DNA of 58,774 nucleotides, filler included, from Bipalium vagum (GCA_037834085.1; 2 parts of 2 records of this genome joined end to end with filler, not necessarily neighbours in it); one strand, 5' to 3'. Numbered from the whole stretch's first letter, positions 12,669 to 25,689 are shown. Numbers and translations: made by a program. The notes: a model not told the origin generated them from the sequence alone.

Positions 12669-15600
12669 CAAAAATTTTATTATTTTTTATTTTTTATTAT
12701 TTTTTTTATAATTATTATATTATTAATAATATTATTGTTTTTAATAGTTTATTTTAATTCTTATAGTTAATTATTATAACATTTTATTTATTATTATATT
12801 ATTATTACTATTTTTATTATATTTTTAAGTTTTTTCAAAAAATCGATTTTTAACACCGGACACATTATTTTTCTGAATATCGCTAAATACAACCTAGGAA
12901 AAATAAAAAATCATGTATCGACTGCTTTCTTTCCTTGATTGAAAGGAAAATATTTATTAATCAAAACATTTTATTAAAATGAAAGAAAAAAAATGAAAAT
13001 TACTATTTAAAATCTTCTCTTCAATTAATACTTTAAAAAAATTATTTTAATATTAAAATTTTTTTTCATTTATTATTAGCAATATAAAAATTATGAAAAA
13101 CTCATTACTAATATTTATGGATGTTTTTTTTACTATTAATAATAATATATATTTTTTTGTTTTAATTAAATTATCGATACAAATAAAATTATTTAAAATT
13201 GCATACGCTGTTTTGCTTAAGATAATATCACAGGCTGAGATTTTAGACGTTAAGTTAATTAATTTGTGTCAATAATTAATAATTTTTAATGCAATTTTCA
13301 ATTATTGCTGGCTATTTTTATGCTGTAATGTATTTCTAATTAAAACAAAAATATTTTTCATATAATCTGAGAAAAAGAAACTAAAAATAAATATTAAAAA
13401 GGCCTGTAATATACAACGAATTCAGGCTATAATATTGAACTTAAAATAGATTTTTTTCCAGTAAGATTTTTCTTTTCTTTCTTTTACTGTATTACTTGAA
13501 TGCACTGAAAAACTAAATGAAAATAATATTTTATTTCGTTGATGATTTCCAATTAATGCAAATAAAATTTAATATCTAATCTGACATAATAATTTATAAA
13601 CAATCCTCATCAAAAATTGGCCTCATTTAAATTAATGTGAATTAGGTTTGATTTTTTTTTTTGATGAAAAAAAAATTAAATTATTTATTTATTTTTAATA
13701 AAATAAATTTCGTCACCAATACGTTCGCACATATAAGTCTTCTTCATATAAAGATTTTCTCGACAAAAAAATAATTCAATAAATAATGATCAGAAATACA
13801 TTCTCTAACACTAATTTTCACTGAATTCATCAGAAAAGAAATTAAATAAAAATTAGTTTTTTTGTTTTAATAAGTTGTTTTAGAAAATTTTCCGTCGACT
13901 TTTACGCCGAAAAGCTTACAAAATACCCACTACAATTTTCGTGTTAATTTTATTAATTTATCCGATATCTGTTTATTCTACGATATTGTTCTTCCATTCC
14001 CAATGTTGACATTGTTTATTAAATTAATTCTATTGGATTTATTCCATTCATTAATTATTTACTATGTGGTCTATTGATATTTATTATTGTATATTTATTA
14101 CTGCTTATAGTAGAAATATCCAATCAAATTTTGTGAGGTCCAACAGTGACCATTTATTTTTATTACGGTTTATTTATTTATTTTTACTATTTCTTTTGTT
14201 GGCGTTGTAAAACCTTTGATTTCATATTGCGTAAACATTTCTTTTTCGCTTTTCGCAATTTATTTTTTCATCAATATCCACTTGACATTAATTTTCCCCT
14301 GAAAATATTAATTGATTAATTGCTTGTTAATTTATTTTGGTATATCTTGATGTTAACTTTATTAGCTTTATTTTCAATAATGAAAAATTAGAAATGTCGG
14401 CATTTTTTTATTTTTTATAACATAATTATGGAACAAAAATCGTACATTATCAAAAAAATTCGTTTCTCCCAGTTCACACGACTCCCCTGGTAAATTGACA
14501 TTTTTAAATTCACCAATCATGAAGATGGTAATTTTTAAAATAAATCATTAATAAATTCATTTTATTTAAAAATTAAAGTATTTTCTTTTTTTTTATCAGT
14601 CTGTTCTGCGTTCCCAAAGACTTTATACAAAATCCATTAATAATGATGATATTTATATAAAATGATTGTCTCAATATTTCCACAGACAAGTATTATACAG
14701 TATTTGCAATAATATCAAGTACCTCTCGAATCCAGTAACAAAAACAATAGTTTTTTTGTATAAATATATAACTTTTAGTCATAAAACAAATATTTTTTTT
14801 AGAAAATCCATTAGTTAATTGTTAAGTAGAATTTAATTTTTATAAAAAATAAATTTTATCATTTATTATCATCAGTACAATAAAGTACAATTTCTACATC
14901 AGTCTTACAAGTTATCACTGGAGATAAAAATAAAATATAAATAAATAAATAATAACAGAGATCGGTGGAGGGGGGGGGGTGTTCGAGATGCTTTATACAT
15001 CACAAAATTCTTCTTGAACATCTCCCTTTAACATACTCTGCCTTGAGTTAATTCACAACTCAAATGTTACTGTCATTCACACTGCAGATTTTGCAAGTTT
15101 TAAAACGATAATTGCTTGACACTTCCAGCTTATCGTCATGTTGAGATCAAAAAAGAACATCAATCAAAATGAAATAATTTCATTGTCAAGTCTTCGCATT
15201 AATCTTACTATATCTCAACTGCTATTATCAATTATTAATATTATTGATTATTTGCTCTTCATCGTGTACATATAAATTCAATAGTTTTTCTTAATTAAAT
15301 TTGAATTTAAATATAAAAAATATAATTTCGTTCGGGTAAGTTTTTGTATAATTGAATACATAAATTTAACAACTTATGAAAATTAAATCGAAAATGGGAA
15401 CCATAAAAAATTTTAAACGAGTTTTAATCATAAAAATTTTAATTTACAAAAATAAAATAAATTCTTATCATACTCCCTTATAAATATTTTGAATTTTCCA
15501 TTAAAAACCTATCGAATTAAAAGGATATAAAATTGTTCTCTAGAAATATTTTCAATAGTTTTGCAAAATGAATATTGAAATATTTGCAATTATAAATGAA

Positions 15601-16178
15601 ATAAACTTACATGGAGAACCCATCACTTTAAGATAAGTGATAAATGCAATTAATAATAATCCCTTCAAAAGCATTTTATTTTCATTGTTGTATGATAATT
15701 ACATAAAAAATATTTTCCATTGACAGAATTAGAAGTCAAACTAATTATGTAAAATAAATAAGACAATATTAAAATTTTAATTCATGAATATATATACATA
15801 TATATTGTTTTTATAGGTGAATTTATATTTCCCATACATGATTGGTTGTAATTATTTTCTATATTTATCAGTCTAAAAATCACAGTATAAATTTTGCATA
15901 AAATTTTTTATTAAAATTAATTTTCTAATTTAATTTAGTTAAAACAAAATTTAAATGAAGATTCATAATTATATCAAATCTTTTGTAAGAATGATAAATT
16001 ACCAATTGTTCTAAATTAACTTATTTTATTTTAATCGTTTGTTTTGTTAATACATTTTGCGTAAATTCAAATTGCCTGAAACAAAGAAACTTCAGCCTTT
16101 TGTTGACGTTATTTTCCATATATATCAATTTTACATAGATTTTGATTATTTTTATAAAGATAGATATTATTTTTACAA

Positions 16179-17207
16179 ATGGTATTGTTAGTTGATGGCA
16201 AAATAGTTAACATCACTCCCGATGAATTAAGAGCTCTTTTACGTGATCAACCATGTTCCCGTGAAGCTTTTAAGTTCCAGAAACAAAATTATGAGGTAAT
16301 TGAAAATAATAAACATCTTTTATATCTACATCAACGGGAAATGGCCATAATTACAGAACGGGATCCGGGAGTGTGCTTCATAGGAACAGATGATGCTACC
16401 ACTTGTCATTTTATAGTTTTGGATTGTTTAAATGCCGGTTTAATCGGTGCTGCACATCTTGATGGATGTGACACGGAAGTATTTTTCGATACTTATGTGG
16501 ATCTTGTGCGCAAAGCATTGAGCAAATACATCTATTTACGAAACTTGCCATCGGCACCGAAAGGTAATTCGAAACAATTGGAAAACAACATGTCGAAAGG
16601 TGCCTTTGAAATTTCTGTGTTTGTAGTCGGTGGGTTTGTTGATGATAAAGGCCTATCCGCACAATTGTCCACAGAGATCCTTATGATAATGATCAACAAA
16701 TATATCGATATCAATTTTCAATTGCAACTGTTTTGCGTTAGCGATCTCAACAACCGAGTCCAAGGCGGATACAATTTCCCGATCATTCGAGGTGCCCTGT
16801 ACAATACTCGAGTTCACAAGATATACCCAGCAACTTTCACCAACTATTCTAAAGAACCGTACCGTATTTTGCGATCCACACGGTTCTGTTGTCCGGAAAC
16901 CCTTTATAACGTGTACAACACTGATCACAATTTTCTTCATCTCGATAATTTCAATTATAACGGCACAGAAAATAAGGAATACTACTTGCAGTTGTCACAA
17001 GCTCCCGACAGCACTTTGCGACTCATGTCCACATCTCCACAACAGGAGAAGGATGACTATGAGGCGTCGTTGAGAACCATTTTCAAATTTATGTACGACT
17101 ATCCTGAGCCAAAAATAACGGTTTACGATCGCGAGTTCGGCATCCGTTACGTTTGTAATGCAGAAACAGGCGAATGGGAAGAATCAAAAAAGAAAATGCA
17201 TTATTGA
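16179..17207 (+). CDS. NTAN1: Protein N-terminal asparagine amidohydrolase, uninterrupted ORF
   Basis: 342-aa ORF with QRE, GTDDATTCH (catalytic Cys76), HLDG (His93), VGGF.D, YPATF and STSP..E motifs of the NTAN1 family; GC content above the flanks. Confidence 0.93.
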   Translation: MVLLVDGKIVNITPDELRALLRDQPCSREAFKFQKQNYEVIENNKHLLYLHQREMAIITERDPGVCFIGTDDATTCHFIVLDCLNAGLIGAAHLDGCDTEVFFDTYVDLVRKALSKYIYLRNLPSAPKGNSKQLENNMSKGAFEISVFVVGGFVDDKGLSAQLSTEILMIMINKYIDINFQLQLFCVSDLNNRVQGGYNFPIIRGALYNTRVHKIYPATFTNYSKEPYRILRSTRFCCPETLYNVYNTDHNFLHLDNFNYNGTENKEYYLQLSQAPDSTLRLMSTSPQQEKDDYEASLRTIFKFMYDYPEPKITVYDREFGIRYVCNAETGEWEESKKKMHY

Positions 17208-18299
17208 TTTGTTTTTCATTTTATTTTATTTGCTTTGGGATTGCTTTTATTGTCACAATTCAGTTTTTCTTTTTCTGTGTCTGTCATACATTGATATATA
17301 ATTTCCAGTCAATTTTTCACAAGTTTTCTATTAATATTTTAATTGGTTTATTTATTGATCGTCTCAATTGGTAAAGGAGAAACTGATATGTTAATCTAAG
17401 AACGAGTGGTCGTTTTTAAATTTGAAAATGGAAAAATTTTTGTGCTAAATTGTGTTAAAATCAATTTTTGTTGATAAGACAAGGCCCTCGAGAAGGGTTC
17501 TCAAGAGTGAGTGTCTCCTCTTCAATTATGAAGTAGTAGAATAATTTGAAGATATCCAAGCTTTTGGAAAGATGATGTCTTTTGATTTGTTTCCATTACA
17601 CGTAGTTTTTAGGTTTTACTATTAATAAATAGAAAATACTCGATTTTTAGTGTAATTTGGCAATTGCTTTTTATTAAGGGGATTATAAGTATAAATGAAA
17701 ATATTATTAAGGGTGCAGTAAATTAGCCATTATAATTAACACTCACTGACTTTAGGTAAAATTGTATTAAAGAATGATAAAAGGGTGGAGGTAATCATTT
17801 AAGGGTTTTGGTTACTATGATTGTTTTGTGAAGATTTTAGGTTGTAGAAGTTGTCAAATCAAGTTTTAACTCATTCATCTGAAACCACTGGTTGTAAAGA
17901 AAATTCTTTAGCACGCTTAATTTTAATTAGATTTGATTTTTTTACATTATTAGTATGGTTAAATTATGAATTGTTAAGTAATTTAATTGAATGATTGAAA
18001 AAGACAAAAGCAGTAGTCTGCATATAAATACCATTAGCTGAAATCATATATTTATATTACTAATATAATTAAATTTTTTTAAAATTGTTGAGGTTCGACT
18101 CCTATATTTTAACCTGTAAATACAATTTTTGGTGAAAAATAAAATGCTGGCTAATTTATTATTAATTAACAATATAGTTTTGGGAACAACTGCTGATTTA
18201 TAATCAGTAGCATGCCATCTTAAAATTGTTTATATTTTTTCGAAATTTTTAAAAATTCAATTTATTTTTTAGTAATATTTAATTATAGAAGGTACATCA

Positions 18300-20545
18300 T
18301 GATTGACAACTTACCTGGCAAATCAGAGACGCTAAAATCAACTGCAAAATAGTATATAAGCCAATGAAGGTTCATTATTTCACATAAGCAATATCGAAGC
18401 AAAATTTGGAAGAACATAATCTAAGAAGAGAGATTTCGAAAAGCTTTGAGATCTCTAAACGTGGCGGAGGGATTTATACTGGGTGAAGTATAAGAAAAAG
18501 CGCGGATGCATTTGTGGCAGATAAATGGGATATCGGATGCACCAGTCTACTTAAACATAGAATAGTTACAAGAGGAGACCCAATAAATGTTAGGCCATGG
18601 AGGCAACCAATTCATCTTGAAGACAAAATTATTGAAACGATTGAAAAGTTATACATGAAAAAAATCATCAGGAAGTGCAACTCGGCCTGAAATACACCAC
18701 TGATATGCGTGTGAAAGAAAAAAATGAAGGACATTAGATTTTGTCTAGAGTTTCGACGACAGGCCTTCCCTTCGCCGAATGTAGATGAGATGTTGGACAG
18801 ACTTAATTAAGCTGCTTATTTCAGCTCTATCGACCTCGGACAGGCTTATTACCAAGTAGAATTGGATGAAGATTCGAAGGAGAAGACAGCATTTTCGACG
18901 AAAGCAGGACAGCTCTGTTTTAATCACATGCCGTTCGGAATTGCTGCAGCACCAGATACATTCCAAGAATTGATGACCAAATTCCTAGGAGACACGAGAG
19001 GAGATGTCTTGTATCTAGATGGCATTCTAATACACTCTGAAGACCTAGAAGAACATTACGAACGCTTAAATGAAATGGTGATGAGAATCGAATCAGCAGG
19101 TCTAAGATCAAACCCAGACAAATGCTCATTTATACAGAAAGAAATAAAAATTTTTGGGAATATTATAAGCAATGACAGTGTGAGAGCCGACTCTACGAAA
19201 GTCGATGCTATAAAGAAATTTGATCGCCCAAAGTGTGTAAAAACGCTTTGAAGTTTTCTAAGCCTTTGCAACTATTATCGGGGTTTCATCAAAGGTTATG
19301 CAAACAAGGCTAGAGCATTAGAGAAATTTTATGGACGGAACAAAAAGAAACTAATTTGGACAGAAGCGTGCAGTACAACCTTCTCAGAGATAAAAACAGC
19401 CCTTACCAATCCACCGGTGCTAAATTACCCAGACATACGAAGAAAATTTATTCTAGATACGGACGCCAGCTTTGATACGATTGGAGCAGTACTGGCTCAC
19501 AAAGACAATAAAGGTAGAGAAAGAGTAAAAAAAGCAACATTTATTTTAATAAACACTTTTCTTCTCGTCTTTTCCGTGTAGTTTTTAATATTCTAGGATT
19601 CTTTTAATCTTTTCTTAGTCATCATCATTCGTCTGCTTGTTTCTTCACTTGATTTTTCTTGCCGTTCATTGCCTTGACCGGTTGTGCTTCAAAGAAAAAG
19701 ACAAAATACATTTACTTTTCTCACCTCTTATCAGTTTTACAGCTCCTATTTTTGAAAAAACCCCACAAGAAAAATTAAACAAGAAAGACATATCAGACAA
19801 GCTTAACTGAGTCTTAACTGGATATGGATCCCATGCAATGTCCTCCAACGAGAGAGGATACTACATTACCCGAAAGGAGCTCTTATCAATTTACTATTTC
19901 TGCAATCATTTCAAACACTATCTTTATGGTAAAAGATTCATATTAAGGACAGATCACAAAGCCATTACATTCATGATCACATCAAAAAAACCGATCACTC
20001 CACAGTTCCAGACTTGGATAAATTATTTAAGCGGCTTAGATATGAAACTAGAATATCGACAGGGAGTCAGTCATCTGAATGCAGACGCAATGTCAAGGTT
20101 AAAATGTGAAATAAGTTCACATTGCCAAATGATGCACGAAGAACCAAAAACCGAAAAAGTAAAGACACGGGTACTGACAATAACGACAAACGAAGATTAC
20201 AAACGGCAGCATGACAGCAATGAAATTAGACAAATAAAGGAAAGAATTGCCAAAGGACAAGATTTAAGATTTATCGTAATTAACAAAGTCGTCCGTACTA
20301 GGAACGGACGAATATGAATACAAGGAGATAGATGTGAAGAAATGATCAAAGAGACATATAAAAAACGGTGTCATGCTGGAAATGAAAAGACGTTGAGATA
20401 TCTACAAGACAGATGCGAAATGACAAGATGAGTGCCAGAGTAAGAACATATGTTCAGAGTTGCGGAGTGTGTCAAAGGACCAAATCAGTGACGACAGCCA
20501 TGATAGAAGAAACAATAAGACTATATGCAAGGAAACTAGTATACC
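18300..20545 (+). mobile_element. Ty3/Gypsy pol relic (RT, RNase H, start of integrase)
   Basis: DLGQAYYQV, KTAFST, MPFGIAAAPDTFQ, YLDG (for YLDD), FILDTDAS, RKELL, LRTDHKA, NADAMSR, then CHAG and CGVCQ of the integrase zinc finger; stops and frameshifts; no paired LTRs seen. Confidence 0.93.
19529..19817. mobile_element. 289-bp insertion inside Gypsy RNase H
   Basis: Removing it restores the frame GRERV-TGYGSHAMSSNERGY; TAA occurs at both junctions (19526-19528 and 19815-19817). Confidence 0.7.
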
Positions 20546-20749
20546 GCGAAACTATATTTAACTATTTTTATTTTAATAATTATTAAAAACCTTTTTATTT
20601 TCCTCAAAGTATGGTTTTCCCTACTACATTAAATATATTTTATTTTATTTATTTATTTTTTTAAATATTTTTTTCATATTTTCCATATTTTATAAAAAAA
20701 TAAGATGAAGAAAAAAGTTTTAAAAAGTTATATTTTCTCTTTAAAAAAG

Positions 20750-21440
20750 CAAGACTTGCTTTTGAAATCAAAGGTTTTGCTAGATCAATAAATCAACAAT
20801 AACAAAACTTCGAATAAATTTAAATAATCTAACTGACGAAGAAATAATGAAAATATCAAGAAAATTTCCTCAAAACAGATATTATTAAATAATCATGAAC
20901 ACCATAAATTATAAATGAATTATAAATATAAAATTAAACTTCCTTTTGTAATCTATGCTGATATTGAATGTATTAATCAGAAAATAAATGAAATAAAATT
21001 AAAAAGTAATTATCAAGAAATATCATTAAATGAATTCTAGTTTAATCCAAATGAAATAAATAATTATAATTATATCACTAATTATATTAAAAATATAAAT
21101 AAAAATTTATATGAAAAAATCTTCACGCATACTTTTATTAAATTTAAACATAAAACATCTTGCGTTTATTTTAACTTAATTTGTTATTATCCTAATTTAT
21201 TGCAAAATCAAGAGTTTTTATTTACAGGAGAAAGCTGTATAAAAGATTTTTGCAAATGGGTTATAAAATATAAACCTTTTTTTGAAAAATTACTAAAAAC
21301 AAACATTCCCTATAACTTAACAGAAGAAGAAAAATTAAAACAAAATGAAAATAATATTTGATATTTTTGTGAAAAAGAAATTGAAAATATAACTGATAAA
21401 GTAGTTGATCGTGATCATTATGATGGAAGTTTATTGGAAA
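20750..21440 (+). mobile_element. Maverick/Polinton-type protein-primed DNA polymerase B relic
   Basis: KIKLPFVIYADIEC (exonuclease I motif), LFTGESCIKDF, and LTEEE...NI*YFCEKEI...KVVDRDHYDG (degenerate C..C...KVRDHCH.TG endonuclease-VII-like motif), in the expected order. Confidence 0.8.
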
Positions 21441-21778
21441 AAATATCATAAATACGACCACTACTTAACTGACATTTTAAAAATTACCGATTTTCATTGT
21501 CGAAGTTAAATAGTTGTACATTTAAATTTAAAATATTTATTTTAAAAATGAGTGAGTTTTGTTTTTTATTTTCATATGATATTATGGATAATCAGCGAAA
21601 CATTTACCTTTAATTTTCAGTATGTTGAAAATTGACCCAAGTGGTTGTGGAAAAATAGAATTATTATATAAGATGTTATTAACTCTAAATTATATTTTCA
21701 AAAAAAATGTTCTACAACCTGCTTTTAAATAAGATAACCAAAAAACAAAAAGTTGATTACCAAAAATGATAAAATAAA

Positions 21779-21968
21779 TGTTACTTACTAAGGACCTGCT
21801 TGAGTTTCCTTTCAAATCTGTACACTCTCAATTCAAATCAATTTCTTTCAATTGTAATTCTCAACTTCAATTTAATGCTCACTCTTTTCAATTCTCAGCT
21901 TTACTTAATTCTGACTCTAAACTCTGCTACTTCATTAAATAAACAGTAGCAATTTGGTGAAAGTAACA
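21779..21968 (+). repeat. Candidate solo or partial LTR
   Basis: TGTTACTT...AAGTAACA inverted termini, AATAAA near the 3' end, pyrimidine-rich body; no TSD seen. Confidence 0.35.
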
Positions 21969-22059
21969 GCGTCCAAAACTTATATGATCGGGATAAGTGA
22001 TTTTTACAACAATTACAGCATTATTGACTGAATGATATGAGGGATGGGGTTTTCATCAT

Positions 22060-22490
22060 TGTTAATTGAAGAGAAGCAGAATTGATAAATCAGGCTGTGA
22101 CCAAAAAGCAATTGTGATATTTTCCTCATCCGAAAATTCCACTTGTGTGTCTGCCTGCCCTAGTTGTGTGGTTTCTTACCCACCAACCGACTGTCAGTAT
22201 ACAGTTTCTCTTTTTTTCGTGGTAATGTGTGTGTATGATTGTGCAGGTATGTGTCCACCTGCCAAATATATTGCATTTTACAGGTTCTCCCATCTCGCTG
22301 GCTTAACTACAATTTTAAATGCAGATAGGTGTGTGATTCGTTGGCATCAGTAATTGAGAAAGTAAATGAACATTGTCTGCTGTGGTCTATCACCGAAGAT
22401 ACACCTTCTTCACTACACCTGTTCATTGACATTGCGACTACCGTCTCCTACCTTTTATAAACTGATGACTGCAGCACAACTCCAGCAGCA
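22060..22490 (-). mobile_element. Highly decayed Tc1 fragment
   Basis: Minus strand QVEFSDE motif preceded by weakly Tc1-like sequence; GC-richer than flanks. Confidence 0.4.
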
Positions 22491-22879
22491 AAACCAAACA
22501 AAATTTTAAATTTAAATAAAAAAATTTTTTTGTTTTATTTTTTTCAAAGCCCAATTATTTTCCAACCATTGTTCATACAATTCACAAATAAAACAAGCGA
22601 ATGATAAATAATGAATTTAATAAAAACTTGGATTTAGATTTACAATTATTTAAATAGTGATTTTTTTCATGAGTATTCGATTCTACATGTGTAACAAATT
22701 ACAATAAAAATGAATAAATATATTATTAATAATAAAATTATGCTAAATATAAACAACAGTAATTACAAACATGAATGGGATTACAAAAATGGATCTTATT
22801 AAAAATGATTAGATAAAAATAAAAATTATTTATTTTATTTTTAAAAATTAAATAAAGTTGAATAGTAAAACAATTTTCT

Positions 22880-24484
22880 TCATAATGCCAGTTGAAATGT
22901 ACCGAATTTCATTTCTCTTTCGCCGGTTTTTACTTCAAGTTCTTCATCTAATCTTTCCTGCAACTGTTGAAAAGTTACAGCCACTGGTTGCGAAGGTTCT
23001 TTGGCATATATAGCAAAGAACTCATTTGGTAATTCTAAACTGCACACGTTGTACTCAGTGATATTTCTAAATTTATAATATTCAATATTCTCAACCAAAG
23101 CTATATCAATAGATTTTGATGTAATAATGTTTTTCAACCATAAACGTTTAAATTCTTTAGTATATCCTAAACCTCTCACTGATTTAGGTTTAAGGCAAGA
23201 CATCAAAAACTTTATAATACTTCTATTGTTTTCTGTCATTTGATTTTCCAGTATCTTCATTAAATAATTTGTATGAACATCCGCATCAAAAATGCATCTA
23301 ATTTCAAATAACCTTAATTCGATTTCTGAAAGAATATTAATATCGAAATCTTTAGCAACCCCCAAGCTAATTTCATAGGTAGTTATAAAATTCAAACCAA
23401 ATATAAGTTCCATTATTATCAACCCTATTCCATATAGATCAGTCATAAAGTCTTGAGTACCATTTTTAATAGGAAAATCTTTATGTCGAATTCGTTTATA
23501 TATTTCTTCTTTATCCATAATCATATTGTAATGAATTGTTGTTTCCGGATCAGTGTATTTTTTGTTACCACAAAATGTAATATTTTTATCATAGAGATCC
23601 AGCTTAGTCAATTTATCAGGTTGCACCATGTGAACCGAAGAATGTCTATCAAACCACTTTACCCTTTGAGCTAATCCTAAGTCTGCTATCTTTAAATGAC
23701 CTTTGTTGGAAACTAACACATTTTCTGGTTTCAAGTCATTATGAACTAAATTTCGATTGGCTAAATATGACAAACCTGCCAACAATTCAAAGGAATAAAT
23801 AAATCCAATTGTTTCTATATCCAACCCCATTTTGGATTTGTATACGTTGTATATATCTGTTACAATATTTCTTTCAAGAAATTGATCCATAAAAATAAAC
23901 ATATTTAGTTCTATTTCGTCAACATAACTCTGTAAATCACCAATACAGTATTCAAAGACTAACCAATAAGCTTCGAAAGATTCATCTTGAAAAGCACCAT
24001 ATAGTCGAATAACAAAAGGACTGTTGTTAGCTCTCATATATGAACTTTTTTCCGTTATTATTGTCAGCATATTGAATAAGAACCTGTTTTTACCTTCCTT
24101 ATGTTGTGTAGTTACCTGTTTGACAGCATATACGCATTTATCTATGCGATCTTCAGCTTTGAATACTGTACCAAAAGCACCTGAGCCCAAGTAGTGAAAG
24201 TTTACTAAGCGATCAGGCCAATATGTTGGCATTCGATGTGTTGTAATGATTGTTTTCATTCTCTCCTCATTAACTCTTTCTATAGATAAAAGCTCGATAC
24301 AGTTTTGATAGTAATATTCTTCACTTGCTGACAAACCCCATATTAATATTCTAGTGGTTTCATCGTCATTGTAAATAGGGGCAAGTCTTCCGCAAATTGG
24401 AACAACCGGTTTGTGTTTAATGTTTGTAGAGGGGGAATATTTTTCAAAGGCAATTTCCCAACCTTTTACTGGAGATAAAAACAT
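22880..24484 (-). CDS. Divergent Ser/Thr-type protein kinase, uninterrupted ORF, non-RD
   Basis: 534 aa: LGSGAFGTV, YAVK, WLVFEYC, HNDLKPEN, KIADLG, CGNKKYTDPE, TDLYGIG. Subfamily not assignable by eye. Confidence 0.92.
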   Translation of the reverse strand: MFLSPVKGWEIAFEKYSPSTNIKHKPVVPICGRLAPIYNDDETTRILIWGLSASEEYYYQNCIELLSIERVNEERMKTIITTHRMPTYWPDRLVNFHYLGSGAFGTVFKAEDRIDKCVYAVKQVTTQHKEGKNRFLFNMLTIITEKSSYMRANNSPFVIRLYGAFQDESFEAYWLVFEYCIGDLQSYVDEIELNMFIFMDQFLERNIVTDIYNVYKSKMGLDIETIGFIYSFELLAGLSYLANRNLVHNDLKPENVLVSNKGHLKIADLGLAQRVKWFDRHSSVHMVQPDKLTKLDLYDKNITFCGNKKYTDPETTIHYNMIMDKEEIYKRIRHKDFPIKNGTQDFMTDLYGIGLIIMELIFGLNFITTYEISLGVAKDFDINILSEIELRLFEIRCIFDADVHTNYLMKILENQMTENNRSIIKFLMSCLKPKSVRGLGYTKEFKRLWLKNIITSKSIDIALVENIEYYKFRNITEYNVCSLELPNEFFAIYAKEPSQPVAVTFQQLQERLDEELEVKTGEREMKFGTFQLAL

Positions 24485-24929
24485 GATCTTTTATATTGAT
24501 TATTATTTATATTTAATGAAAAATCAATAGAATTTAATTTATGAATAATATTTTTAGTATTATGTATTTTATCTTAAATTTATTTATTATCTCAACATAA
24601 ACTAATTTTTGTTCGTAAATAAATTTAGGATTTTTCATGATCATAGAAAGATCAATGCTCCTTATTCTGTTCCATAAAATGTAATTTTGTGTTTATCTGT
24701 CATTATTGTTAAACTATGAATGTACTGATTATTCTAAAAATCTTTTCGGACTTCATTTGATTTAAATACCGAAAAATAGGCATTTGTTTTAAATTACAAA
24801 TTAAATCAACAAATTATTTATAATCATTCGAAAAGCTTAAGATTTCTTATTTCATTAAATTTTAATTAATTTTTTAAATTATAAATTTATATATTGTTTT
24901 AAGTATAACATTAATTTAAATTTCTTTAG

Positions 24930-25410
24930 ATTAGGTTATTTTCGACCAGTGGAGACCCAATTTATAGATTAATTAGATGAAAATTATATGGTACATGAAT
25001 TAAAGCACCAAAACAGGTTAGCAGATTTTTCTAAAACGTAATCTCATTTTGATAACGGGATTTATCACCTTTTTTCAGCCTAGCCTTATCAAGATGACAA
25101 TCCCCAACTCGTTCATTGTCTAGTTCCAAAACTAAATATAATTTTCTGTTTAACAATAAGAAAACAATTATTAACACAACTATTCCATCGGAAGAGAGCA
25201 CGAGGAGATTTTCTAATCGTTTTTACGTTTTGAAAATCAGACTAATTAATTACAGTTATAAAATGAAACAAAATCTTTGAGGATATATTAAATGAAGTTA
25301 ATTAGCTTCGATACCTCATATGTTCTTTAAGTCTAAATATAAAATTATAAATCCAGTTTTATTTTTCGCAAAGTGCTGTTCACCTGGATGATAATATAAA
25401 TATTTTCATG
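24930..25410 (+). mobile_element. CR1/L2-like LINE ORF2 3' relic
   Basis: HRKRARGDFLIVF (cf. RRLRGDLIEVYK) followed by FYFSQ (cf. FFSQRVV..WN). Confidence 0.45.
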
Positions 25411-25689
25411 ACCTTCAATTATTGATGAAAATTTGTAAATCTAAATATTCATTTGTCAACTTACGAATGATTTACCGATATGGTTTTATTAGCACTAGAA
25501 ATCGTTAAAAAGGTATATTATGTTTAATTTTAAATTTGTCTGAGACCATAGTTTTAGCTCCGTCTAAGTGATTCTACCTTTGTCTAGCGCAGGTAAAGCT
25601 TTTCGAGTTAAATTTATTCATTACATTTTAACAAGCAATTGGTAAATATATATTGCGTAGTAAATCTTTAGTCTTTCATTTTCTCGTCA

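Noticed and set aside
14964-14980. G10 run, possible G-quadruplex
   Set aside because: Isolated homopolymer with no supporting context.
16411-17073. Several ORFs overlapping NTAN1
   Set aside because: Shadow or alternate-frame ORFs of a GC-richer CDS.
17710-18160. 11-bp inverted match TAAATTAGCCA suggesting a MITE
   Set aside because: Too short in AT-rich DNA; no TSD.
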